Shown: positions 47,351 to 61,350 of the stretch, piece by piece | Numbering within the stretch: position 1 is the stretch's first letter | How the letters are laid out: every line of letters starts with the position of its first letter | From: Chiloscyllium plagiosum | Lineage: Eukaryota | Direction of reading: 5' to 3' | Length of the DNA: 64,000 nucleotides | Assembly (NCBI RefSeq): GCF_004010195.1 | Contig: NC_057718.1 | Location: forward strand, 50,377,380-50,441,379 | Position numbers and translations under genes: made by a program | The notes under the pieces: generated by a model | Databases searched by the model: none | Told to the model about the DNA's origin: nothing | The model's input: only the letters and a program-made list of their open reading frames with translations

Positions 47351-50300
47351 TGGTTAGCCAATCTACCAATCTTCCTGTCACTGGTAAAATGGTAAATTGA
47401 TAAGCCAATATCAGGAGTCTGTCTGGCACTTCTCTGTCCTATGACGCCAGCTTTCTTGCTTCCCACCCTGCTTCTACATGGCCTGGAAAATTCCCGCCTA
47501 TGGTAGAAAACCACACTTTTCAAAGTCCTTGAAACATTGTCAGAATTAGTGTGAACTCTCCTTCTGGTCTTACTGAAATATCTACAAAACTAGAGGAAAG
47601 AGACGACATGTGCTCAAAAGGAGGACATCTTATCATTCTCCATTTAATAAATACTGCAACTTTCAAACAAATTAATGACTTTTTTTGGAAAAGAATATGA
47701 TTAATCTTCAATCTCTTTAGGGAATTTTCTGTTCTGAGGCCTGAGTGAAACAACTGTTGAGTTCGATGGTGAACAGGTCATATTACCCATTGAATCAGAA
47801 ACCAAGTGAAAAGAATATGTGGGATTTTGTCCTTGTACATTTTAGGAGTAATGTACCATGTCATTTTCTGTTCTGGAGGCAGGGTAGTTGATGTGTTATC
47901 AGGACTGAAATGATAAAAAGTTCTTTTCTGTCCACCTTCCACCAGAGTGAGATATCTACTGTATTAGAGAAGAGCATGGTAATTTACAGCTATGTACTGT
48001 TTATCAGCTGTTCCTGTTAATTTTGGAAAATTGACCAGGAAAATCAGGTCAGGTGAATAACAGGGCTCCAGGTTGAAACTGATTTTCCTGTACATTCTCT
48101 AAGGTTGAATTCCATCTTCAATACCTAATTATAGTTTATTACCTGCAATGTAATCAGTCTTATTTAGGAACCAGTTTCCTTCATGCTATGCTCTTCTGTT
48201 TACTTTCCCATCTCATATGTTATTTTAAATTGCTTCATCAATCTTCCTTGCAGCTTCCTCCTTTTCCACTTGGTTTACTTCCATCCTATCTTTCTTGCAT
48301 ATTACTTGACCTTCTGAAAGTGTTTTCCAATCTTCTTGAAACCAATTTCACAGGATTTGAATTCAGAACCTTTAGATTATTAGAGTAGCAGAATAACCAT
48401 TAGATTTCATTGTTATATCCAACTTCAATACCTAATTATTCACCTTCATTGTGCAGTATTAACTCCAGATTTATGATTTATTATTGCCTGCACTTTCTCA
48501 ATTATCCATTCTCTTTTACTTACGGGGAAGGTTTACATGTAATCTTCCCTCAAGTCTTAACCATTTCCATAAGATTATTATCATCAGTGAATTTCCATAT
48601 CTTTTCACCCATTTATTATAGTTAGCTTTCTCAGTGTGTAAACATCCCACAGCCTGTATTTTAATAAGACTACTCTCGGCTTAATTCTTTTCAATCCCCT
48701 CTCATTTGATCCATTTTACTTTTAAATCTCTTGGGTATCTTTTAAAATTCTGACTTTGTTTGGGTTCTGTTACTTATTTTTAGATCCCCCTCAATTGGTT
48801 TATTCACACTTGGAAGCATATGTTTTAAGTTTTACTACTATAGCCCATTCATTATAATTCCAAACTCCAAAAGGTCTTCCTTTTTAATTTTGTCTTATCT
48901 TAGCTGCTTTGCTTCATTCCTATATTTCACATCTTTTTATTCAGCTTCTCCCCTTTTAACTCTGCTGTGGAGATAGATCATAGATCAGGTATGGGGCTGG
49001 ATGATCACCAGGAGGAAGAGAGGGGCCAAAGAGGTGAGTCCTCTTTTAAGATTACGTGGACAGGCCAGCTGATGATACTGTTGGAGCTGTTGACACCATC
49101 ATCTTTAATTGTAAAGAATAGTGTCTGCTTGGTCTAGAATGCTGGAAAAAACCTGTTTCTGGCTTAACTAGAAGATGCGCTTCCATTGTACAACAAGTAG
49201 GTCGTTGCATGCTAGCAACTAGTTATAGATTACGTTGATATGATAGGCACTGTTGCAGAGACTAAGAAGAGGATCTCATTGTTCAGCCTCACTCCATTGA
49301 GATCAGAAGTTGTTCTGCCCAGAATTCCATTTGAACTTATCATGTGCATGATGCTTCTGGTGCTCCTTAGTATTAACACTTTTAGACACACTTACAGCAA
49401 TAGAGAAAAGTGGGTTTGCAGTCGGCACCTTCAAACGTAACGGCAGGTCCTGAATAACAAATGTTATCTACTTTTCCTGGTTTCTGAGCACAGCCAGTGA
49501 ATGGGTGAATGGACAGGAGACAGGGAACATCAAGGAGGTTGGAGCAAGGATATTTGGTGCATGGACACAGAAAATATTGGTGAGGCCAGTCTGATGGGGA
49601 GATTGTGCATGACAGGAATGATAGATCAGAAAGCAGGATTGAAAGGGATCAGACAGCCAGTGATGGGGAGGTAACAGTATTGTGGAGGGACTTGGCAAGA
49701 CTGGAAATGTGAGCAATTACAGCAATCAGGGAAGCAGGTAAATTGGATCTGATAGTAAACAAACACATACATACATACAGCCCCAGCAGTCCATACCTCT
49801 TGTTTAGCTGTTGGCCTAACTGAAGGCTGGAAAACTTTACCAGCTGGCATTAACTTAAAAATGGGAGTTAAACTTTACATTCCCTCTTCGGTGCAATGGC
49901 AGGAGATTGAACGGTGTAAAATTGGGTTCCACGACCATTACACAATGCTCGTTGCCTTCTGGTCTCTATCTGCCCCTGTGACATTTCAACCACAACGGAA
50001 GGAAACAATAACCAGTTAACTGGCCACTTGAGGGCCCCTCTCACTACCGCTGGGATTTTACTGCAGTAGGGTGAGGGCAGTGTCAGTGTTCTTATTGTTT
50101 CACTTGATGACATCATCAGTTGGTTTGGGTTATCCCTCTTGGTCAGGCATCCATTACTCATCAGATGCCACCAGAAGGTATTTGCTCCCTTGGTCCCCAT
50201 GCCTGTGAAGCCCCTTATACAGCCTTCCAACCTTGCATCAGCAAGAACTGAAATTCTAAGCTCCATTAACATCTCGTCTTGGTGTTCCCTGCAGCTCCAA

Positions 50301-51099
50301 CAGGGAGCTGCCTGTATTGCCACTGCACCAATACTATTGGACAAACCTGTGGTATTTTATTGCATGACTGGCTGTAAGAGTTTAACTGTTTTACAATGAT
50401 AGAGAGTCATACATTAATGAATTTTAGCAAGAAGGGACTTAAACAAGATGAAAGTTTTGCACAACTGTGATCAGATATGAGCTATATTAGCTTGTTGGAT
50501 TGTCTTACTAAGTCTATGAGAAGACCCGTAGATAGATGTCTGCACTCCATAAGATGCCACGACTTTATGCCTTAGTACAATTGGAGTTCAATACAGTCTC
50601 CAACATTAACCCTTTCAGAAACACTACATTATACAATAAGTATTTGCAGCTCTCAGAATTTGCACTTCTTCTCTGCTTGGGTCTGGAGGTCTGCCTTAAA
50701 CCTATTAAAACCTCAATGACTATACAGTACCTGCAGAGTGAGCCAACCACGTGGCGGTGACCTTTGACTATTATACAGGGTGGTGGAGAGTGGAAACTTT
50801 AGATGGTTAACATTTTCAATTCCTACTAAACCCAAACTCACTTATCTCTGTGAGTTAGAATTCTTCCCATGCATTATAAACCAAGTTCAAGGATCTCATT
50901 CCCCTTCCTGTGATTTTTGCTTACAATTGTGCATCCTCTTCTTTAGTTTTGTTTTCTTCCTTTTTAAAATTTCTTTAGCATGTTGGATATTACTCTCTCA
51001 TTAATTAGTAAATAGAATTATCAAGCAATGAATTATTGCATGATTTGAATCAAATGATAATTGCTTGAATACATAAAAATCCTTCAGAAAAAAATGTAT

Positions 51100-53900
51100 T
51101 CTGACCATAGCTAAAAGGCGTTAATGACAATGGCAAAATGGTCTGATCGGAACAGAATCATTCAGCAGTGTGTGGACTGGAGGTTTACATTAGGACCATG
51201 CAAATGTTTCAATGCAGCTAACTGCAGAGACTGCTCAGGAAGTGCAATCGTCTGATGGGTAAATATCCAGCATCTGAAAACCTCCAAAAAAGTCCCAAAC
51301 TTTGTGTTTTTAGGGGACAACAAAAAAAAACATGACTACCTTGAAGGTACAGAACAATGATGAATTTTGGTATGCAGAAGTGAAAGTAAAAAGCAGGGAA
51401 ACTACTTTTAAATTAAGTACAGGAATTACTTTTCTCTTATTCACTTGTGGATGGCTGGCCGGCAATTATTGCCTGGCCCTATCTGCCCTGGAGAAGGTGG
51501 TAGAAGCTGCCTTGTTGAACTGCTGCAGTCCATGTGCTTTATGAATCCTTTTGGATACTTTGCCCTGGTTGAGGACTATAATCCTTTGACTTGTCTTGAT
51601 TAAACTTTGGGCTTGGGAAATGTAACAATCAGAGTAAGGACCCAATTGCATATCACACTTTGCAAGTCTTTACATCAAACCTAATTCTTAATCATTATGA
51701 TTCTGCATTAACTGCTTGTATTGCTATGGTTATCCTTCAGTCAGTGGTTTCTGAAGATAGTTTGAAGCCAGCAGTATAAGAGGGTTTTATCTTAAAATAG
51801 AAATGACAGGTAAAAAAGGAGCCAAACAAGACAATAATCACAATGGCATTACAGGCATTGGTTTGCTCTTTCAGAATATAGTTACAGAGTGGAAATCCAC
51901 CATTCAAATTGTTTATTTGCTCAAACCTAAAACTTTAGATCTTCCTATACTTTTGAATTTAGTTGAGAGAGTTGGTTTAAGTACACCTATCTCTTTTAAG
52001 GAGCATCAACATCTTCTTGAAGAAGATATAAAAGAGTGGAGCTATCAGCTTGTTATCAGAACCTGCTAGAGAGATGCAGTGAAAGCAACTGCAGTTAGAT
52101 TTGGATTTTAAAAAAAACACCTGTAATGGAAAGTCAGCCTACCTTATGATCATAGAATCACAGAATCCCCATAGTGTGGAAGTAGGCTACTCAGTCCACT
52201 GACTCGAAAACTGACATTCTGAAGAGCTTCCAACCCAGACCGAACCTCCCCACACTCTATCCCTGCATCTTTGCATTTCCCATGACTAATCCATCTAGCC
52301 TACACATCCCCCAACACGATGGGTGGTTTAGCATGGCCAATTCACCTAACCTGCACATCTTTGGACTGTAGGAGGAAACCAAGGCACCCAGAGGAAACCT
52401 ACACTGACATAGAGGGAATGGATAAACACTACACAGACAGATGCCCGAGGGTCCCTGATGCTGTGAGGCAGCAAACCTTTTATTAGATTAATCACTACCA
52501 AAAGCAAGTGAAGATTTTAAAAAGAAATACTGCCAGTAAAATGGCTACAGAATCTGACACATTAAGAATTGGTAAAAAGGTATTTAACATAATAGGACAA
52601 GGTCTCAGAACTTCAAAACAAGGGAAGAGTCAAGACCTTTGAAGCAGTGAGAATGGATGGGGCCATACCCGCAAAGACAGAAACCAATTGTATGCACCAA
52701 ATGTTTTTAATCATGCACAAAGGGCATTGACATGAGCTTGACATGTTTAGAAAAAAACTTCAATTCTCAGTAAGGCTCCAAATGCCCACTGAGAAATGCA
52801 ACAATCTCTTCAAGTGGATAACAAGGATCTCTTGTGCTCTGGATGTCTTAAATCCAAAGTGGATTATGTTAATATTTGACATTCAGAAACTGTTGCTTTA
52901 TGTAAATAGCAATTGGAAACTGCAAGGTAAATCCATCTAAAAAGATGGAAAAACTAAAGAGCTTTTTCAGGCAAAGCCTCCAGGACCAGATTATTGAGCT
53001 CATGGAGACACAAGTTGCTTGCAAATCATATTGCAACAGCTGTGCAATTCATATCATTACCTACAGAACTAGTAATTCCTGGAAGTATCAGAAAAACCTT
53101 TGTCTCTTTGTCTTGAGCATCATCTTCTGAATGTTATTTGTTTTTCTTCTGGTGTCCTGCATTCATTCATAGATCAAACAGGCAAAACAAAGAAATTACT
53201 AGAAAGTTTTTATGTTCCACACATCCTTTAAGAGAATAAGGATTGTTCTTAGAGATTAGTTCCACAAACATTAGAAACATAGGTGATGAATATAATATGT
53301 TATGGGTGAGATGTCAATGGTAAGAAGACTTGCACTGTAAAACAGCTTGCAAGGAGATGGAAAAAGAATTATACCTTTACTCATTACTGGTCATGGCAAA
53401 AGGATATCATAGTGATGCTAGATGTTATGGGACTGAACTCTGTATCATTCAAGCTCAAAATAAGTTGCTCTCTCTTCCTATCCTCTCAATATAATTATGC
53501 ACAACAAAACTTATTGCTATGCTTTCACAAAAGAATAGCTCTCACTTGGCTACTGTATGGGGCCTGCTTATGTTCTTGCTGGTTTTCCTGACAAGTGCAC
53601 TTTTTTTGTCTTGTTGCCACCTTTTGAAGATTACTCCTGACTGCACAGTGTTGATGTCTCCATTCTTGTCAAAAATCAATAATGTTAAGTGCAAATCTAT
53701 ACCAGGAAAGTGTTAAACATAATTGGATTGAACCAGGTCATGTGAAATATTTGCCTCCAGCATTATTTGTTCACATCTTGATTCTGATTCTTGACAATGA
53801 AATAAAAATGATTTAACCTTCTCTGATACATCAAAAATATTACCTTAAATAATTACAGTGTTTCAATCTTCTCAGTAAGGACCATTGGTGAGCTGGGTGT
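51100..53900 (+). mobile_element. Highly decayed Ty3/Gypsy pol remnants
   Basis: WYAEVKVKSRETTFKLSTG (protease FKLDTG-like), LLNLVERV, weak RT-like stretches; many stops; boundaries uncertain. Confidence 0.45.
52150..52473 (-). mobile_element. HE1/V-SINE-type SINE, diverged
   Basis: catggccaattcacctaacctgcacatctttggactgt…gctgtgaggcagca. Confidence 0.85.
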
Positions 53901-54523
53901 TCAAATGGTTGTCAGGTCAAATCTTTGAAAGGCCATCAACATGCTCTGGTCTCTGCAATTTCACTAAGCAACAAAATGATTGAAGAGAAGACACATTTTT
54001 AAATCCCGAAAATATACACCCACTTTCCACTTGGAGCATTTACGAATGGATGAATTGACATTGTCTCTACTATTGGTGACAGAAAAAAGGCCTTGAAATA
54101 TGCTAAGCTTCCTTACTGTAGAACATTACAGCTCAGTACAGGCCCTTCAGCCCTGATGTTGCAGAAGACCATCAGAATAATTTTGTACCTCGCTCTGAAA
54201 AGCTTGTTTCTACTTGTGAAATAAAACATTAAGTCAGAATTTGCTGGAGGTTAATTTCTGATGTATTTGGGACCTTGAACAACAATGGAACCATCAATGT
54301 ACTTCTTGACATTTAAGATTCAAGAAACAATAGAGAGAAGGCAGAGAAGCAACAAACATTAGAGTTCTTGAATTCATTGTTAAATCACGGAAAGAAAAAT
54401 AAATTAAGAGCTGGAAACAAAGATTGGATTGAGAGGAAAAAAGAAATAAATGGATTAAAAAAGTAAAATCTTGAAACTTCCAAATTCTTTAACAACATAT
54501 TACTAACCACAGTAATAAGAGAA

Positions 54524-54922
54524 GGCACAGTGGCTTAGTGGCTAGCCCTGTTACCTCACAGTACCAGGTGAATTGGCTATCCTAAATTGCTCATAGTGTT
54601 AGGTGCATTAGTCAGAGGGAAATGGGTCTGGGTGGATTACTCTTCGGAGGGTCAGTGTGGACTTGTTGGGCTGAAGGGCCTGATTCCACACGGTAAGGAA
54701 TCTAATCTAATCTAATATACCAGGGACTGGGTTCAATTGTCACCTCAAGTGGCTGTCTGTGTGGAGTTTGCACGTTCTCCCCATGTCTGCGTGGGTTTCC
54801 TCCCACAATCCAAAAATGTGCAGATTAAATGAATTAGCCATGCTCAATTGTACATAGTTTTAGATGTATTAGTCAGGGGTAAAGATAGGGTAGGGAAATG
54901 GGTCATACTGTAGGGAATCTAA
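54524..54922 (+). mobile_element. HE1-type SINE with a 5'-truncated HE1 3' half inserted in its head
   Basis: Inner copy 54569-54717 with (tctaa)n tail, flanked by taccagg at 54562-54568 and 54718-54724. Confidence 0.85.
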
Positions 54923-55054
54923 TTTTAATTATTCATTTTTTGAGCCAGAGATCTTTATAATTAGTCAATATTACTTAGCACAGAATAAATTACCACACAG
55001 CATTTTGTGACCTCTTTTTTAAAATGAGCAATTAATGTACAAATAAAGTAATGT

Positions 55055-55600
55055 CATAGAGTCACAGAGTCATACAGCATTGAAACAGATCTTTGGTCCA
55101 ACCAGTCCATGCCAACCATAGTCCCAAACTAAACTCATCCCACCTCCTATGCTTGGCCCATATCCCTTCAAACATTTCTTATTCATGCACTTATCTAAAT
55201 GTCTTTTAAACATTGAAACTAGAGGTTCATTCAAACACAAATTACTCTCTGTGTAAACAAATTGCCCCTTATGTCTTTTTCAAGCCCTTTTTCCTCTCAC
55301 CTTAAAAATATACCCTCAGTCTTGAAATTGCACCATCTTAGGGAAAAGATGTTTGCCATTCACCTTATCTATACCCGTTATGATTCTATAAACCTCAAAA
55401 GGTCACCCCTCAACCTATTATGATCCAATGGAAAAAGTTCAAGCTTCTCCTAATAACTCAAATCCTCCATTCCCAGCTACATCTTGGTAAATCTGTTCTG
55501 AACCCTCTCTAGGTTAATAATATCCTTTGCATAACAGGGTGACCAGAATTGGACATAGTACGCTAGAAGAGGCCTCACCAAAATTTTTTACAACCTCAAC
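55055..55600 (-). mobile_element. CR1 3' fragment
   Basis: catagagtcacagagtcatacagc tail; aggtcacccctcaacc; gaccagaattggacatagtac. Confidence 0.8.
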
Positions 55601-55609
55601 ATAATATAA

Positions 55610-56010
55610 TGACATTAATAATTCTTGGTCTCTTGGCAGTGGTGGTGCCTGGAGTGCAGACTCCTGGCTACAGTAGGCCCAAGCTTGGACTCCTGGCAGT
55701 GGCAGTACCCAGAGCAGGGAATCCTGGCTACTGTAGGCCTGGAGCCTGGACTCTTTGTGGCAGCAGAGGAGTTGGGTCTCCTGGGTCATTGGTGTCGTCG
55801 ATGCTGTACCTGTATCTGGGACTCCTTGAGGACAAAAACACCTTGCAGAAGCTCTGCAGCCCATGCTTGAGATCTAATTGGAACAGAGGATGAACTCTAT
55901 TTAGGTAATTTCTTTATGTTCATTTTGTAACTCAAAATGGTACCAGAATGTGGTGACAAAAGAGAGTTTTCACTGTATCTTCCGAGATATATGTGACAAT
56001 AAAATCATTC
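55610..56010 (+). repeat. Probable non-autonomous retroelement with ~54-bp GC-rich internal repeats and a Rex1-like tail
   Basis: About 2.5 copies of ggactcctggcagtgg…ctcctggctac.gtaggcc; ends ttttcactgtatc…atgtgacaataaaatcattc. Confidence 0.45.
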
Positions 56011-56094
56011 CCTCATTAAAATTCCAAAATAGTTAAGAGCAAGATATGGTTTCCAGGAAGTTAATAGCTGAACAATCCAAATTGTCTAGCAAAT

Positions 56095-56342
56095 TGTTCA
56101 ATTCCCGCCTCGGGCAACTGTCTGTGTGGAGTGTGCACATTCTCCCTGAGTCTGGTTTCCTCTGGGTGCTCCGGTTTCCTCCCACAGTCCAAAGATGTGC
56201 AGGTTCGGTGAATTGGCCATGTTAGGTGTATTAGTCAAGGGTAAATGATGGGGAATGAGTCTGGGTGGGTTGCTCTTTGGAGGGTTGGTGTGGATTTGTT
56301 GGGCTGAAGAGCCTGTTTCCACACTGTAGGGAATCTAATCTA
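56095..56342 (+). mobile_element. HE1/V-SINE-type SINE, 5'-truncated
   Basis: gttcaattcccgcctcgggcaactgtctgtgtggag…gcctgtttccacactgtagggaatctaatc. Confidence 0.88.
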
Positions 56343-56800
56343 CATAATCTCTGGGGTGCTCATGTTAATAAAGGTGTGCATCATTCGTACATTGAGTAGA
56401 ACGTAGTGGTGAGGACCTAAGATCCAAAGCAAAAATCGGTAGCATTTCCAATGAGCTGATTTTTGGGAGTCCTGACAGAATAAAATGTAAGAACCCTGCC
56501 ACCAAAACAGCTGTGTCCAATAGAGACATTAAATTGCCATACTCTTTATTATAGAATATATCATACCACTGCAGCTCTCCTGCACCAATATTGGACATTA
56601 TTGGTACTACATTGCTATGTATCATCACTAAAGCACTAGCAGAGAGGTAATTGGAGTAAGCCGGCCTCCCAGGGTGGAAGGTGCTGACTGTTGTACAAGG
56701 TAATGAATATGAATGGACTAATCTGAGCTAAACTGAAGCTCTGCCCAGTTTTGTATATAACAAGACCATTGGGTAGAGGATTGGGCAGCTGGAGTCAGTT

Positions 56801-57348
56801 CATAGAACATAGAACATAGAACATAGAACATAGAACAATACAGCGCAGTACAGGCCCTTCGGCCCTCGATGTTGCGCCGATCCAAGCCCACCTAACCTAC
56901 ACTAGCCCACTATCCTCCATATGCCTATCCAAAGCCCGCTTAAATGCCCATAATGAGGGAGAGTCCACCACTGCTACTGGCAGGGCATTCCATGAACTCA
57001 CGACTCGCTGAGTAAAGAACCTACCCCTAACATCTGTCCTATACCTACCCCCCCTTAATTTAAAGCTATGCCTCCTTGTAATAGCTGCCTCCATATGTGG
57101 AAAAAGATTCTCACTGTCGACCCTATCTAAACCCCTAATCATCTTATACACCTCTATCAAGTCACCCCTAAACCTTCTTTTCTCCAATGAAAACAACCCA
57201 AGTGCCTCAGCCTTTCCTCATACGACCTTTCTACCTTACCAGGCAACATCCTGGTAAACCTCCTCTGCACCCGTTCCAGTGCCTCCACATCCTTCCTATA
57301 GTATGGCGACCAAAACTGCACACAATACTCCAGATGTGGCCGCACCAG
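56801..57348 (-). mobile_element. Young CR1 3' end
   Basis: [35 protein letters not shown]…FFTQRVVSSWNALP; (catagaa)n tail; possible TSD agttca. Confidence 0.92.
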
Positions 57349-57575
57349 AGTTCAAGCTGATAGAAGTAGGATTTTGACCCAATCTCTTGATGGAGTCATG
57401 TGTCTTATCTGCCTTTTGTTATTAATAGGACATATGCCTAAGATTTAATGTAACCTGTATATGGTTTCTCAAATGGAATACAATGCTTCTTGTTATCTAA
57501 GACAAAAGGTGTTTCTGCAGAGATGAATTTGTGGGTTATCCTTCACTACAAGTTATGAAAAAGGCTACAAGACTA

Positions 57576-58260
57576 CCTTTGGATGTAGGTTTGCTCGCTG
57601 AGCTAGAAGGTTCATTTCCAGACGTTTCGTCACCCTACTTGTTAACATCGTCAGTGGGCCTTCAGACGAAGCACTGTTGATAATTCCTGCTTTATATTCA
57701 CATGTTTCAATTTCCTTGGATTGGTGATGTCATTTCCTGTGGTGATGTCATTTCCTGTTCTTTTCCTCAGGGGGTGATAGACGGGGTCTAACTTGATTTG
57801 TTTATTACATGAACATCAACTAGCCACAAAACGACATGACCCTCTCTCACTAGTATCCCTACATACAGATGAGGAAGGACACCACTTTGACTGGGCCAAC
57901 ACATCCACTCTCGGACAAGCCAAACAGAGACACACACGAGAATTCCTAGAAGCATGGCATTCCAACTGGAACTCTATCAACAAACACATCAAGTTAGACC
58001 CCATCCACCAATCCCTGAGAAAAAGAACAGAGAATGACATCACAATAGGAAATAATGTCACCACAGGAAATGACATCACCAACCTAAAGAAACCCAAACA
58101 CAAATAGAAAGCAGGAAACATCAGCAGTGCTTTGCCCGGAGGTTCACTGAAGATGTTACCTAGTAGGGTGACGAAATGTCTGGAAATGAACCTTCCAGCT
58201 CAGTGTGCAAACCTACATCCAGAACTTCAACCTGAGCTACAAATCTTCTCAAAACTCACC
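57576..58260. mobile_element. PLE 3' end (related to family C) with 5' inverted pLTR and two hammerhead motifs
   Basis: HEHQLATKRHDPLSLVS…REFLEAWHS…SINKH; motifs at 57618-57657(-, CCA-CTGACGA…GAA-ACGT-C-TGG) and 58143-58185(+); 9-bp TSD acaagacta at 57567-57575 and 58261-58269. Confidence 0.85.
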
Positions 58261-59449
58261 ACAAGACTAGCATTGGAAGAACAATGGTGATAGTACTCTA
58301 CTCAATAACAGGTGCCTGGTATCTAGGCCTTCGTGGCACTGTTATCACATTGGCAAAGAGGGTGCTGGGGTGGATGTTAGTCAATAGAAAGGATGGAGAG
58401 ATGGCTTCCCATGAGTACCTGCGCACACCTTCACAACTTTCTTTATTTCAAACTCCCCAATTGGCAGAGAAATGCCTGAGAACAAATTTTGTCCTACCAT
58501 GCTGCAAGCAAACCTAACCTTTGTCATGTAGTTGGCCCGTGGGAGAGCGAAGCCCTTAACTAGCCCCTAGTTTTTCTCCATTCTGTACTGTTCCTTCCTT
58601 AGACATAATTTCATCGAATCAGGAAGGCAATGGGAGCACCAACACCCACCTTCCCACCAAATTAAATGCGCCCACCCACTCCCAACTCCATGTTGTGAAT
58701 AAATCCCACTCATCATTATCCTGTCAGCAAACTCCTGAGTATTGTCTTTGATTTTTCACTTTTACTTCATCTACTCTTGATCAATTCTCTGAAAGCTTGT
58801 TTAACCAATATTCATGAATTTCACATTAGTGGGCATTTTGGCTTACATGTGGACAGGATAAAAGTTGTTGGTCCAAGCCTCTTCTACCAGTTATCCTGCC
58901 TAATGTACTACATCATGAGATCTTTTCACCTTTAGATACCAAGTAATCTGCAGAGACCAGTGAAAAATCAAACTAAAAGTATCTGAGCAACTAGAGGAAT
59001 ATAATCCTGTGCTCTCTGAGGTCAAAGTGAATAAAGCTGATTTTGGAGGTTATGTTTACTGCCAGTTATATTACACAAAGCCTATCTCATGCATAATGTG
59101 ACATCTGCCTCAGTGTTTCGATAAAGACAAAACGTGTTTTTTTTGTTTTGTTTTGCTTTTAAATCATTACTTAATTAAAGTTTGGATTGATCTTCACTTC
59201 TTCACTGTTTTCACTCCTGCAATCAGGGCCCAGCAATCTTAGCAAATCTTACTCTCAGCTCCATTAATATTTAATCCAGTTAGGTTCAATTCCTACCTCT
59301 TCTAATGAGAAAGGAATACTTGATTTATATTGCTCCTTTCAGAACAACCTTATATTCCAAAGTATTTTCAGCTAATTATGTATATGTAAATTGTACTGTC
59401 TTTTATACTGTAAGAAGCAGGAAGATTATAAGTGTCCATGATCCTTCTG

Positions 59450-61350
59450 TAGCACTCGCACCATTCTGTTTTCACCAACAGTCATTCCCTGTTGGTTGTG
59501 ACCCATTTGTTTAAATCTGCACAGTGCATTTTGATGGATGTTATAAATCTGGATCTGCCACAGGTCCAGTGGTGCCAGTCATTTCCTCAAGCAAAATGAC
59601 TGGTTACATTTTAAAGAAGTTGTTTCCCATTGTCTCCACCTCCTAGTGTATCAGCAGGATCGGGGAGGTTAACAATGAATCTCTTTTATGGTCTGCATCA
59701 GAAATTTGTATCAGAAGCAGGTATGCTCCTTCTAATATCCTCAAAGACAAATTGAACTAACACTGTATAAAGCAACATTTTGTTTAACTCAGTAGATGTT
59801 GTGTTCCAAAGCCAGTACACTGTTTATGATGAAAGTCATTTGGTTAGGCAAAACCTACATTTTTGTTAGTTAATCCTTTGCATAAAAATCATCAGTGCAT
59901 CCATCCACGAATAATTTTGTTACCTTTTCATTTACACATACACCAACTCGTTATGCCATTTTTGCTGAGGCATGAAGTAATTCTCATCTGTATTATTTTC
60001 ACACATTGTAATGGCTTCTTACACTTTTCACAAAGGGTTTTTCCAGTCACAGTACAAGAGTTGTAATTGGTTCACAAATTAAATTCATATCAGTAATTAG
60101 ACTGCTGTATAGTTAAAATGGGTAGACCTTTTGTGAAATGTTGTCTCCTGATAATTATTGCTTCCTTCGAGGTCTATTGGGGTCTAAAAAATGTTTTCCC
60201 ATATAGAAAAGAAATGTTAATGTATTTTCACCAATCCAAGAATGTAGTTTTGCTGAATTAGTCATAATTACACAACCATTAGTAGTATTAGTATCAGGAT
60301 GAGAGACGACAAGAAAATTGTGTTTAATGGCCTCTTATTACATTCTACAGATCACATCTCAACCCTCAAAATGACACAGTAACCTTTATTAGAAGCAGCT
60401 TTTATTAATGTGCATATTCAGTAAATCTTCTGAATGCTTCCAACATTTAACTTTTGAACCCTGAAATTGGTAATCTAGCCACAGCTTTATTTAATTGGAC
60501 TTTTAGTTTTCCAATTAGAACATATACTCGCATGTCACCAATAAACCCATGAATTTGATTTTGATCTTAAAGTCCAGTCCAAAAAAAGACACTTCCTTAG
60601 AATAGAGTGATGTGACATTGTGTAATCCTTTCAAAAAATGCCAAAATAAAATCAGTTTTCCAAATGACTTCGATAAAACTACAGTTTGAAAAATGTTAAA
60701 CAGTATTCCTTGCATCCAAAAGTCTCTGGAATTATAATGGCCAAATATTTTCAATAATTTTGCTGGCGATATTAGGATAGATTTTATGAATTGGTACTCC
60801 TGACACAGAACACCCAGTGCTGTGTATGCAAATTTGTAAAATTTACCTTATGAATGAAAGAGGAACACCTCAAATACTTCAAGTACATTTCCTGTTACTT
60901 GCATATGGAATAAAGCTGCAATTCCAAATTTAAAATTCTATTTTATAATGATAGAACCAAAAAATCTCCTTGGAACTGGTTGAAGAAATAAAGCATGAGT
61001 TTTGGTGCGTAGATATCAATAGGAAAAAAGCAAACAATGTGGCTGAATTGACTGCAAGTCCCACAAGAGGTCCAAATAACCAAGGTTTATCACTTAATCA
61101 CAAAGTGAGCAGTAGCAAATAATTAACAATGCAAATAGTGTCAAATTGTCTTGTTACTCACTTGCTCCATGGCGTTATGAAAGAATCAGATGCTGGATTG
61201 TACATCTGACTGTTGCCTCAGTTCTTTCCACTGACCTTTGAAAAGTGCAATTCCTCTGTTTTATCCAAGTGGCCAGTCTCCATGTGTTCGGCTAGACACT
61301 GTGTCTTCAAGCTTTTGTCTGCTCGGGCATAGGACAGAGCTTTTCACATC
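59450..61350 (-). mobile_element. Possible highly decayed Gypsy gag-pol remnant
   Basis: Only weak RT/RNase H-like fragments on the - strand; no intact motif. Confidence 0.3.

Noticed and set aside
49190..49470. Helitron helicase-like fragment (EVVLPRIP) or MER6-like end (gcaggtcctgaataac)
   Set aside because: Too short and degenerate to support either call.
49860..50400. 158-aa ORF or Harbinger-like subterminal sequence
   Set aside because: No protein motif; resembles non-autonomous DNA transposon sequence, but I could not define paired TIRs.
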